A stretch of 64,000 nucleotides of DNA from Acidobacteriota bacterium. GTDB taxonomy: Bacteria > Acidobacteriota > UBA6911 > RPQK01 > JADFOI01. This document shows positions 1 to 8,219 of this stretch, in pieces; the stretch's first letter is position 1, and each line of letters starts with the position of its first letter. The notes beneath the pieces are model-generated. The model was given only the letters and a program-made list of their open reading frames with translations. It was not told the DNA's origin and ran no database searches. The stretch is taken from the NCBI GenBank assembly GCA_963663035.1, contig OY760074.1, positions 2,080,001-2,144,000 of the forward strand. Direction: 5' to 3'. The position numbers and the translations under genes were made by a program.

Positions 1-315
1 GATCGGGTGATTTTTGAGGAAATTGACATCAGGCAACGGTTGACGCTGGCCCGCGGTTATCAGATAGCGGAAATAACGGTAGGAAACAATTCAGAACTAG
101 CCCACAAGGCACTCGTGGACACCGGGTTGCGCGATCGCGACATTCTGGTACTGAGCATCAACCGGAATACCCTCATCATCCCCAATCCGGAGGGCGACTT
201 CGAAGTTCTGCCCGGCGATCTCCTCATCTGTTATGGCAAACAGATCACCATGAAATCGTTTCTCCTGGCCGGGACGAAGCCAATAGATAGAGAGAGAATC
301 CCCGTAAGTCATTGA
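1..315 (+). CDS. C-terminal TrkA-C (RCK_C) domain of a protein truncated by the window edge (possibly a RimK-like ligase with TrkA-C)
   Basis: Frame is open from the window start; AEITV...SELAHKAL.DTGLR.RDILVLSINR..IIPNP..FEVLPGDLLICYG fits the TrkA-C pattern. Confidence 0.75.
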   Translation, partial: DRVIFEEIDIRQRLTLARGYQIAEITVGNNSELAHKALVDTGLRDRDILVLSINRNTLIIPNPEGDFEVLPGDLLICYGKQITMKSFLLAGTKPIDRERIPVSH

Positions 316-321
316 AGAGAA

Positions 322-397
<76 letters not shown>

Positions 398-524
398 ATG
401 TGTTTAGAATCAAGAGTTTACCACTTCCGAAAGCTCAAAATCCACTTGATTTTGGGCGACTTTAACCGCGACTTTAACCACCGTGTATTTTTCGCCGCCA
501 GATTAAGCAGAGCCGCCGCGTTGT

Positions 525-746
525 CTAGTCATGCTCATCAACAATGTTGTAGCGATCAGAGACGCTCCCGGTCTTGTGTCCGGTCACCACCTTATCGCTC
601 AACCCGGCCCGCCTGAAGTCGTGCATAACCCGATCACCCATGCCTGCTTCCTTACAAGCAGTCTTCCAGGATCGCTCACAGTTGACCATTTGGCTTCCGT
701 CGCGGTGAAAGAGGTAGGGGATCACTTTTCCAGGTTGCGTAGACAT
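525..746 (-). pseudogene. Tyrosine recombinase (phage integrase) C-terminal remnant
   Basis: WKTACKEAG...MHDFRR...AG...TGHKT.SV.DRYNIV has the HxxR, GH and catalytic Y motifs, but residues are missing between HDFRR and AG and there is no N-terminal part. Confidence 0.8.
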
Positions 747-933
747 TCCTCTGGCTGGCGCTTTTCACCACCACTTTTTGCAATCCCTTTCGGATAGATT
801 TTTACGTGAGGCCGCGGGTAATTTTTCTATGTTCCCTTGAGAATTTCTGGCGACGGGTATTTAAACGTGGGTCCAGCCAGCCACCTTCCAATTTCGTGGC
901 AAGCAGCGAGCCAAGTCGGGCCTGTCTTTCCCC

Positions 934-961
934 TTGACATTGAGGGAATTTCGAGTAGGAT
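934..961 (+). promoter_or_regulatory. sigma70-type promoter for the methyltransferase
   Basis: TTGACA (934-939), 16 nt, TAGGAT (956-961). Confidence 0.55.
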
Positions 962-1085
962 AGGGGCGCTTGAAAAGCATCTCTTCCACCCAAAAACTGT
1001 AAGCGCTTGTCCCGCTTCTCTCCTTTTTGGGCGTAGTCAACCAGACATCACAGGGAGCTTGAAGCCACAGCTTTATGAGGTGACG

Positions 1086-1847
1086 ATGCCGAAAGCCGTA
1101 CTGGATCGAATCAGTTACTTTGATGATATTGCACAGGACTACGAGGATGTTCGTGGAACTGAAATCTGGCCTTCACTGCTGCACACGATGCGTTCCGTTG
1201 CTTCGAACGCTCTGCGCATCTTGGACGTGGCAACGGGTACGGGTCTGTTCGGTGTGAGGTTGGCCGAGGAGGGTTATCAGGTACTCGGTTTGGACCAAAA
1301 CCCCCACATGCTGGCTCAAGCAATACGCAAAGCCAAGCAGCAAGCCTCTTCCTTTCGGGGAGTGCTCGGATTGGCCGAGCAACTGCCCCTGTCCGAGAGA
1401 AGTATCTCGGTGATGCTTTCAACCAATGCCATCCACCATTTTGACCTTCAGGCCCATTTCACAGAGGTGAAGCGAGTGTTAAGGCAAAACGGCTGCTACG
1501 TCATTTACACCCGCTTTCAGAAACAGAATGCCCGTTCCATCTGGGGGCGGCTGTTTCCCCATTTTACTGAGAAGGAGATCCGCCTGTACCACCCGGAGGA
1601 TTTCCAAGGGCTCGAAGCAGAGTTTCCCGAGTTGGCACTGGAGTCCTTAGATGAACTGTCGTTCGAGAAGCCGTCTTCCCGCGATCGTCTTCTGCAGATC
1701 GCGCGCCAACGCCAATACTCGACTTTTGCGTTCTATGGTGAGGAGGAGTTTTGGCGAGCCTATGCTACGTTTCGCTCGCGTCTGGAGTCCTGGAATGACA
1801 GTTCTTACCTTGCCGAAATTGGGCGCATTGTCTTCCGACGCCGGTAG
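1086..1847 (+). CDS. Class I SAM-dependent methyltransferase
   Basis: ILDVATGTG motif I and NAIHHF motif; start moved to ATG 1086 behind a GAGGTG RBS. Confidence 0.85.
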   Translation: MPKAVLDRISYFDDIAQDYEDVRGTEIWPSLLHTMRSVASNALRILDVATGTGLFGVRLAEEGYQVLGLDQNPHMLAQAIRKAKQQASSFRGVLGLAEQLPLSERSISVMLSTNAIHHFDLQAHFTEVKRVLRQNGCYVIYTRFQKQNARSIWGRLFPHFTEKEIRLYHPEDFQGLEAEFPELALESLDELSFEKPSSRDRLLQIARQRQYSTFAFYGEEEFWRAYATFRSRLESWNDSSYLAEIGRIVFRRR

Positions 1848-2060
1848 TAATCTGAGCGGCTTAAAAAGCCCGGCTGAGGTTCAGGCCGTCTAAGAGTACA
1901 TCACTAATTGAATATACTGAGCAAAGAAGCGTGAAAAAGGAAGTTGAGGCGGCTTCAACTTTCACCGTGACTTTCAGCACGGCAACCTTTTTTGATCTTA
2001 ACTTCTACCTCTCAAACAAAAGGGAAAGCCTTCAGATCTTTGATGAGGCCATTCGGCCTG

Positions 2061-2089
2061 TTGACTCAGGAGGGATACCACACTACAAT
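2061..2089 (+). promoter_or_regulatory. sigma70-type promoter
   Basis: TTGACT (2061-2066), 17 nt, TACAAT (2084-2089), upstream of the DUF5916 gene. Confidence 0.55.
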
Positions 2090-2241
2090 CCTATCCCACG
2101 AATCTTAGCACATAACTTACACTAGTGGAGTAAGATACGGTAGATCCCCCCCCACGAACGTTCAAGCTTAAGACACTTTTTGAATTCCGCGCCCGGGCCC
2201 GAATCGGAGGCCTCCCTGTCGGTACGGTCCTGGCAGTTCTG

Positions 2242-4368
2242 GTGACTATCTTCAGTACTCTAACGGCCCAGCAGGCAGAAGTGGAGGACAGGAAAGCGGT
2301 AGTGGCCATCTTTACAGATGCCAAGATTACTATCGACGGCGAGTTGAACGAGCCAGCCTGGCAAACGGCCCAGATCGCCACAGACTTCATCCAGCGAGCC
2401 CCCGCTGAGGGACAACCGGCCAGCCATCCGAGCGTGGTCAGAGTGCTGTACGACAACGAGTATCTCTATGTAGGAGCATACCTCTATGACAGCAGACCAG
2501 ACCTCATCGTAGTCCATGACATCACCCGGGACTCTGGAGCAGGACGGCAGGACTCCTTCGGAGTTGTCCTGGATACCTTCCGGGATCGTCGCAACGGATA
2601 CAACTTCTCCGTTTCACCTCTCGGTTCCAAGAGAGACTTGCAGTTTTTCAATGAAGGTGCGGACGCGAATCGCAACTGGAATGCGGTTTGGCATATCGAA
2701 ACCCGGATCCAGGAAGATGGTTGGACGGCGGAATACGCGATCCCTTTTAAGTCCCTGCGATTTAGCCGCGATGAGGAACAGGTCTGGGGAGTCCAGTTTT
2801 ATCGGTCGATCCGTCGCCTCAACGAGTCCACGTCGTGGATGCCGATTCCCTCCCGTTATAGAAACTATAGTCAGCGGATCTCTTATGCAGGCGATCTCCA
2901 TGGTGTGCGCGACGTTAGACCAGGAAAGAATCTGAAGGTCAAGCCCTATATTTTTGGGGGTGTCAACCATTTTGCCAGTCGAGGTGAAGAGACAAGTGGG
3001 GATCTAGATGGGGGGGTGGACGTGAAGTATGGTCTGACCTCCGGCTTGACTCTGGACCTAACGGTGAATACGGATTTTTCTCAGGCTGAAGCAGACACCC
3101 AGCAGGTTAACCTAACGCGCTTTCCTCTGTTCTTTCCTGAAAAGCGAGACTTCTTTCTGGAAAACACGGGAAACTTTCGGTTCGAGGCCGCCGGCAATAA
3201 CCAGGCCTTACTGTTTCACAGCCGTCGCATTGGATTGGCGGGGGGATTGCCGGTTCCCATTTTGGGAGGAGCTCGAATGACCGGCCGAGCCGGCCCATAC
3301 TACCTGGGATTGATGAACATTCAGACTCGCTCGAACAGGGACATCCCTGCCAATAATTTTTCGGTTGCGCGAGTGCGGCGCAATATCCTGGGCAACTCCG
3401 ATATCGGGGTCATCTTTCTCAACCGCCAGTCGCGCCTGCCCGAGGACCACAACCGTTCCTTTGGAGCGGATGTGAATTTCCTGCTCTTCGATCAACGGCT
3501 ATCAGCCAGCGCCATGTTGGCCAGGACGCGGACACCCGGCCGAGAGGGCCGCGACTGGCTCAAAAGCGCTGAGACCCGTTGGGATGACGGTCTCATCCGC
3601 TTTAGTGGGTATTTCCTCGAAATGCAGACGAACTTCAACCCGGAAGTCGGATTCGTGAGACGACCGGGCAGGAAAATTATTCACAATGAGTTCGGACTTC
3701 GCTTCTTTCAGGGCCGCGATTCGAACCTGAGCCGCTACATCCGAGAGATCTCTCCCCATCTTGTCTCAGAACAGATCATCCTTCCCGGGAGCATTACCGA
3801 AACCAAGCTGCTTCGTCCCCAGTTCCGTGTGGAATTCCAAGATGGGAGCACTTTTCAACTCCAGTACATTCAAAACTTCGAGCGCGTGAGCGATCCCTTT
3901 GACATCAGCGATTTCACCATCACTAGCGGTGACTATCACTTCAACGAATATTCGGTCCAATATTCCTCCAATAACGGCGCCTCCTTGGCAGCCAACATCG
4001 GCTATCGGAGCGGAGATTTCTACAACGGTGCCAAGCAGACTCTTGATCTAGGAGTGACCTTCCGACCCAATTTCCGTCTCACCACAAGCATGAGCTATGA
4101 GCTGAATGATATCGAGCTCCCGCAAGGGTCGCTCGCACTTCATCTCATCGGCCTGAACATGAAATACGCCTTCAACTCCAAGACCTTTGTCAACGCTTTC
4201 CTTCAGTACAATAATGACACCAATCGGATCAGTTCGAACATTCGTTTCCGCCTGATCCATCGCCCCTTGAGCGATCTCTTCGTGGTTTATAATGAAGTGC
4301 GAGACCAGGCGCGTGATCTGAACGATCGGGAGCTCGCTCTCAAATATACTTACCTGTTGGACTTCTAA
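2242..4368 (+). CDS. CBM9-like / DUF5916 domain outer-membrane-associated protein
   Basis: IDGELNEPAW, WTAEYAIPFKSLRF and LDLTVNTDFSQAEAD...NLTRFPLFFPEKRDFFLE signatures. Confidence 0.85.
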   Translation: MTIFSTLTAQQAEVEDRKAVVAIFTDAKITIDGELNEPAWQTAQIATDFIQRAPAEGQPASHPSVVRVLYDNEYLYVGAYLYDSRPDLIVVHDITRDSGAGRQDSFGVVLDTFRDRRNGYNFSVSPLGSKRDLQFFNEGADANRNWNAVWHIETRIQEDGWTAEYAIPFKSLRFSRDEEQVWGVQFYRSIRRLNESTSWMPIPSRYRNYSQRISYAGDLHGVRDVRPGKNLKVKPYIFGGVNHFASRGEETSGDLDGGVDVKYGLTSGLTLDLTVNTDFSQAEADTQQVNLTRFPLFFPEKRDFFLENTGNFRFEAAGNNQALLFHSRRIGLAGGLPVPILGGARMTGRAGPYYLGLMNIQTRSNRDIPANNFSVARVRRNILGNSDIGVIFLNRQSRLPEDHNRSFGADVNFLLFDQRLSASAMLARTRTPGREGRDWLKSAETRWDDGLIRFSGYFLEMQTNFNPEVGFVRRPGRKIIHNEFGLRFFQGRDSNLSRYIREISPHLVSEQIILPGSITETKLLRPQFRVEFQDGSTFQLQYIQNFERVSDPFDISDFTITSGDYHFNEYSVQYSSNNGASLAANIGYRSGDFYNGAKQTLDLGVTFRPNFRLTTSMSYELNDIELPQGSLALHLIGLNMKYAFNSKTFVNAFLQYNNDTNRISSNIRFRLIHRPLSDLFVVYNEVRDQARDLNDRELALKYTYLLDF

Positions 4369-4413
4369 CGGCTTGGTCTCTCACGCGCCAGATTCAGCGC
4401 AATAGGAAGCGGA

Positions 4414-4490
4414 TGGGGTGGGCGACGGGACTCGAACCCGCGGCCACAGGGGCCACAACCCTGTGCTCTACCTACTGAGCTACGCCCACC
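4414..4490 (-). tRNA. tRNA-His(GTG)
   Basis: Reverse complement GGTGGGCGTAGCTCAG...TTGTGGC...GGTTCGAGTCC...CCCACCCCA; anticodon GTG, G-1 present. Confidence 0.97.
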
Positions 4491-4540
4491 GTGGAGATGC
4501 TGGTATTTTAGTGGTTGGGGGGGGTGAGGAGCAAGGTGGC

Positions 4541-4599
4541 ACAGCTGACAACTGACAACTGACAGACGGCAACTGACAACTGACAACTGACAACTGACA
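4541..4599. repeat. Heptamer tandem array (CTGACAA)n
   Basis: About 8 imperfect CTGACAA units just upstream of tRNA-His. Confidence 0.9.
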
Positions 4600-4684
4600 T
4601 TAAGAAGGACTCCGGAAAGAGAAAGTCAGAATCTAAAAGATCCTTGGAGCCGGGAGGCTTTGACGTGAGAAGATAGGGTGCACA

Positions 4685-5659
4685 ATGATTGATCTGGCTC
4701 ATCCTGAAGTTGGTTTTGCGGTTGGTGTGGTGAGGGAGACAGCACAGTTAGCCAAAGAGATGCAGCAGGAGATCAATATCGCTGCTCTCGCTAAAGAAGA
4801 CCGATCGCCGGTCACTGTGGCTGATTTCGCCGTGCAGGCCCTGTTGGGGCGCTCACTGGAAAAGACTTTCCCGCATGACCCTCTGGTGGCCGAGGAGGAT
4901 TCGGGGCTGCTGCGCAGCGCAGAAGGACAAACCCTTCTGGAGCGGGTAACGGCATCCATCATCCGTGTCGTTCCTGGCGCCACTCCCGAGAAACTTCGCA
5001 ACTGGATTGATCGCGGTGGCAACAATCCGACCGATCGCTTTTGGGTATTGGATCCCATCGACGGCACCAAGGGTTTTCTGCGCGGAGACCAGTACGCCGT
5101 TGCACTGGCCCTGGTGGTGAAAGGCAGGGTTGAGATTGGAGTGCTGGGATGCCCCAACCTGGAGGGTGGCTTCCTGATCGCGGCTGTACGTGGGAAAGGG
5201 TGCTGGAGAACACCCTTAGCCAAGCTGGACAGGTTTGAAAAATTGCAGGTGTCTGAACGCACAGAAGCCACCCAGGCTCGCGTGCTGCGGTCCTTTGAGT
5301 CTGACCATACCGACCTGACTCAGATGGACGAGCTCCTGCGCGCCTTAGGAGTCAAAGCCAAGCCGCAGCTGATGGACAGCCAGGCGAAGTATGCTCTCCT
5401 GGCTGAGGGAAAGGGTGACCTGCTCTTTCGGCTGCTCTCGCCGGAGAATCCTGATTACGAGGAGAAAATCTGGGACCAGGCGGCGGGTTCTCTGGTGGTC
5501 GAGGAGGCGGGGGGGCGAGTCACGGATTTGGATGGGAGAGGCCTGAACTTTTCCGCTGGACGCACATTGACCCAGAATCGAGGCGTGGTTGCTTCCAACA
5601 CTCATTTGCATGAAGTGGCTTTAGAAGTGTTGGCCGCAGAAGCAAACAAGAAGACTTAA
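4685..5659 (+). CDS. 3'(2'),5'-bisphosphate nucleotidase, HAL2/SAL1-like (inositol monophosphatase superfamily)
   Basis: KEDRSPVTVADF, WVLDPIDGTKGFLRG.QYA, DSQAKY and YEEKIWDQAAG motifs. Confidence 0.88.
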   Translation: MIDLAHPEVGFAVGVVRETAQLAKEMQQEINIAALAKEDRSPVTVADFAVQALLGRSLEKTFPHDPLVAEEDSGLLRSAEGQTLLERVTASIIRVVPGATPEKLRNWIDRGGNNPTDRFWVLDPIDGTKGFLRGDQYAVALALVVKGRVEIGVLGCPNLEGGFLIAAVRGKGCWRTPLAKLDRFEKLQVSERTEATQARVLRSFESDHTDLTQMDELLRALGVKAKPQLMDSQAKYALLAEGKGDLLFRLLSPENPDYEEKIWDQAAGSLVVEEAGGRVTDLDGRGLNFSAGRTLTQNRGVVASNTHLHEVALEVLAAEANKKT

Positions 5660-5705
5660 GCACAATCTCGTCTAGCCTGCATCAGGCTCATTGAAAGCGG
5701 AGACA

Positions 5706-5999
5706 TTACGAGAGGTATCGCATGAACTCCCCTTCAAAATCGGGGAAGTAAGTGGAGATGACCGTCACGTCGAAAGTGGGAAGAATCGACTCTTTGGGCT
5801 CCCTTTCCAGCAGAAATTGGAAGGCCGCCTGGATACAGCTGTCAAGGCTTACCTGAGAACTGGTCAAGCGCTCATAGGTGTCCTGTGTCATCGTGACCCG
5901 ATGATGAGTTTCACTACCTCTCTCTCTCACCGTGACGGTGAACTGATAGGGATCGTCCGTCTTCGTCTGTAATACCTTCACCGTATTCTGTTTGCTCAT
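5706..5999 (-). CDS. Conserved hypothetical protein
   Basis: 97-aa ORF with a protein-like C-terminus (AFQFLLEREPKESIL..FD..VISTYFP); fills the gap between neighbouring genes. Confidence 0.65.
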   Translation of the reverse strand: MSKQNTVKVLQTKTDDPYQFTVTVRERGSETHHRVTMTQDTYERLTSSQVSLDSCIQAAFQFLLEREPKESILPTFDVTVISTYFPDFEGEFMRYLS

Positions 6000-6132
6000 T
6001 ATGTTTTCATTTTACAAGATAAGCGGCCCTACCATCAGGAACATCGCAGGAACAAGGCCAAAACGATTGCTTTTAAGCCTTTTTCGTAGTAGAAACTGAC
6101 ACACGGCACCCATCGCGAATTGGAAGGCACCT

Positions 6133-7560
6133 ATGGCTGAGATTAGACACTTGAGCGGTGTAACGCGGAGAAAGTTTCTAGCAGGGTTGGGAGCAGCGGG
6201 TGCTGTCATGATTTTGGGTCCAAGCAATCAGGCCTATGCCCAGTCGCTGCCTCGACCCGGACCCGCCGATTGGCCCCGCTTCGGCTGTGACCTGCACAAC
6301 ACCCGCTTTAACGCTCGTGAGAGAACGCTGGGCCAAGACAACGTGGGGCGGCTGAAGATGAAGTGGCGCTTCCAGGCGGATGGAGTCATTCAAACGACTC
6401 CCACTGTGATCGGAGACACCCTCTTTTTTGGAACCCAGTCCGGGCAAGAGTTTGCGTTGGAGACCCAAACCGGGGAACCCAAATGGAGGTTTGCGGTTGA
6501 GAATCAGCAGACCAAGCGCTACATGAGGCAGGGAGTGCGCTCTTCCTCCCATTATGCCGATGGCCGTGTCTACTTCGGGGACAATATGACGAAGATACGG
6601 TGTATCGAGGCGGCCACTGGGAAAGAGATTTGGCAAACACAGTTAAGCGACGATCCTACTGCCCAGACCCGCTCCTCGCCTGCTGTATACAACGGCAGAG
6701 TCGTTCTGGGGTATTCTTCTGCCCTTGGTAATGCCGAGATCGTCTGCCTGGACGCCGACACGGGGGCCGTCTCCTGGCGCTTTAGAACCGCTCCAGAGGG
6801 TGCCGGTGGTTCAGTTTGGGGTTCGCCCGCCATTGATGAACAAGAGCAAATCGTCTACAACGTTACGGGCAGCGCCAAGGGCTTCATGCCTCCAGGTCCC
6901 ATGTTGTATACCGAGAGCATTTTGGCTCATGACCTGGAAAGCGGAGAACTCCTCTGGTATTCGCAGGCGCGACCGCGCTCTCCCCATGACCTTGATTTCG
7001 GATGCCACCCCATGATCTTCGAAGCCCAGGCTCCCTCGGGATACCGTGGCAATGTGGTACGAAATTGTGTGGCGGCCGGTAGTAAAGGAGGGTTGTTCAC
7101 TTGGGACCGGTATACAGGTGAACTCTATTGGAAAGTGATGCTCACCAGCGCCGCTGCCAGTGGCGGTATGCAACAGGACAGTACGGCAGTGGCCTACAAT
7201 CGGATCTATGCTGTCTCGAGCGCCATCACTGCCAACGGTCCGGTGTCAGTCACCGCAGCCTTGCATCCGTACACTGGAGACATCATCTGGTGGGTGCCCA
7301 ATGCAGTTGACAATCACGCGCCGGTGGCTGTAGCCAACGGTGTATTCTACCAGGGCTTGATGGACGGCACCCTGCAGGCTCTTGATGCGGATTATGGCCG
7401 GGTGCTGTGGGAGCACAAGTTGCCCACTGCTCACAGAGGGGGAATAGCCATTGCCAACGGAACACTCTACGTTGGCAGCGGTGAACCATCCGGGGCCACC
7501 GAAGAAGTTGTCAATAGGGGCAGCTATTACATGTACGCCTTCAGCATTGATGGTGCCTAA
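6133..7560 (+). CDS. Tat-exported PQQ-binding-like beta-propeller protein (PVA-dehydrogenase-like)
   Basis: TRRKFL Tat motif, DWPRFG, repeated A.D..TG...W tryptophan-docking motifs, GGSVWGSPAID, DLDFG. Confidence 0.85.
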   Translation: MAEIRHLSGVTRRKFLAGLGAAGAVMILGPSNQAYAQSLPRPGPADWPRFGCDLHNTRFNARERTLGQDNVGRLKMKWRFQADGVIQTTPTVIGDTLFFGTQSGQEFALETQTGEPKWRFAVENQQTKRYMRQGVRSSSHYADGRVYFGDNMTKIRCIEAATGKEIWQTQLSDDPTAQTRSSPAVYNGRVVLGYSSALGNAEIVCLDADTGAVSWRFRTAPEGAGGSVWGSPAIDEQEQIVYNVTGSAKGFMPPGPMLYTESILAHDLESGELLWYSQARPRSPHDLDFGCHPMIFEAQAPSGYRGNVVRNCVAAGSKGGLFTWDRYTGELYWKVMLTSAAASGGMQQDSTAVAYNRIYAVSSAITANGPVSVTAALHPYTGDIIWWVPNAVDNHAPVAVANGVFYQGLMDGTLQALDADYGRVLWEHKLPTAHRGGIAIANGTLYVGSGEPSGATEEVVNRGSYYMYAFSIDGA

Positions 7561-7613
7561 AGAAGAAGCCGGGGAGCAGGTTGAGAGAAAGTTTGAGGAG
7601 AGGTAATCGGCAA

Positions 7614-8207
7614 ATGTCCCACCATAAAAGTGGAATGATACGTCGTGACTTCCTGAGGGTGGCAGGAGTAGGTACGTTTGGACTCTCCAGTCTGAGTTGG
7701 CTGAAGTTGGCCAGTGGGCAATCGGCGATTAACGAAATCAGCCTTTCCAGAAATTATGCTGCCGGCCGCTACTATTTTAATCCACTGGGACTGCATATAG
7801 CTCCTGGTGAAACCGTTCAATGGTCTTCCAGGAGCGAAGGATTCTCGGTGAGCGCCTATCATCCTGACAACGATAATCATGAGTTGCGAATTCCGGAGGA
7901 TGCAGAGCCCTTTGACACGGGAATCATGCCCGTGCGTTCGACCTTGGAATGGACCTTCGAAGTGGAAGGCACCTATGACTACTACAGCCAGAGACAGGAG
8001 GTCATAGGTATGGTCGGTCGGATTGTTGTGGGGAGGCCGGGCGGCCCTGGTGAAGAACCTTTAGGTTACGGTTCAGGAGAGGGACGTGCTCCCATATTTA
8101 GGGAGGCCAGGAAAGTCTTTGAATTTGCCAGATCAGAAGAAATAGTCAGAAGAAAAGTCATCCCCTATCCTGTAAAGGAGCTGGAGCGCAGATTTCCACT
8201 GTATTGA
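7614..8207 (+). CDS. Tat-exported cupredoxin-fold (plastocyanin/halocyanin-like) protein with degenerate Cu ligands
   Basis: RRDFL Tat motif; FNPLGLHIAPGETVQW, AYHP, LRIPEDAEPFDTG, EGTYDYY...GMVGRIVVG. Confidence 0.8.
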   Translation: MSHHKSGMIRRDFLRVAGVGTFGLSSLSWLKLASGQSAINEISLSRNYAAGRYYFNPLGLHIAPGETVQWSSRSEGFSVSAYHPDNDNHELRIPEDAEPFDTGIMPVRSTLEWTFEVEGTYDYYSQRQEVIGMVGRIVVGRPGGPGEEPLGYGSGEGRAPIFREARKVFEFARSEEIVRRKVIPYPVKELERRFPLY

Positions 8208-8219
8208 GTCTTACCCTTA

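Noticed and set aside
837-1085. N-terminal extension of the methyltransferase ORF
   Set aside because: Contains a promoter-like TTGACA/TAGGAT and lies upstream of the RBS-led ATG 1086
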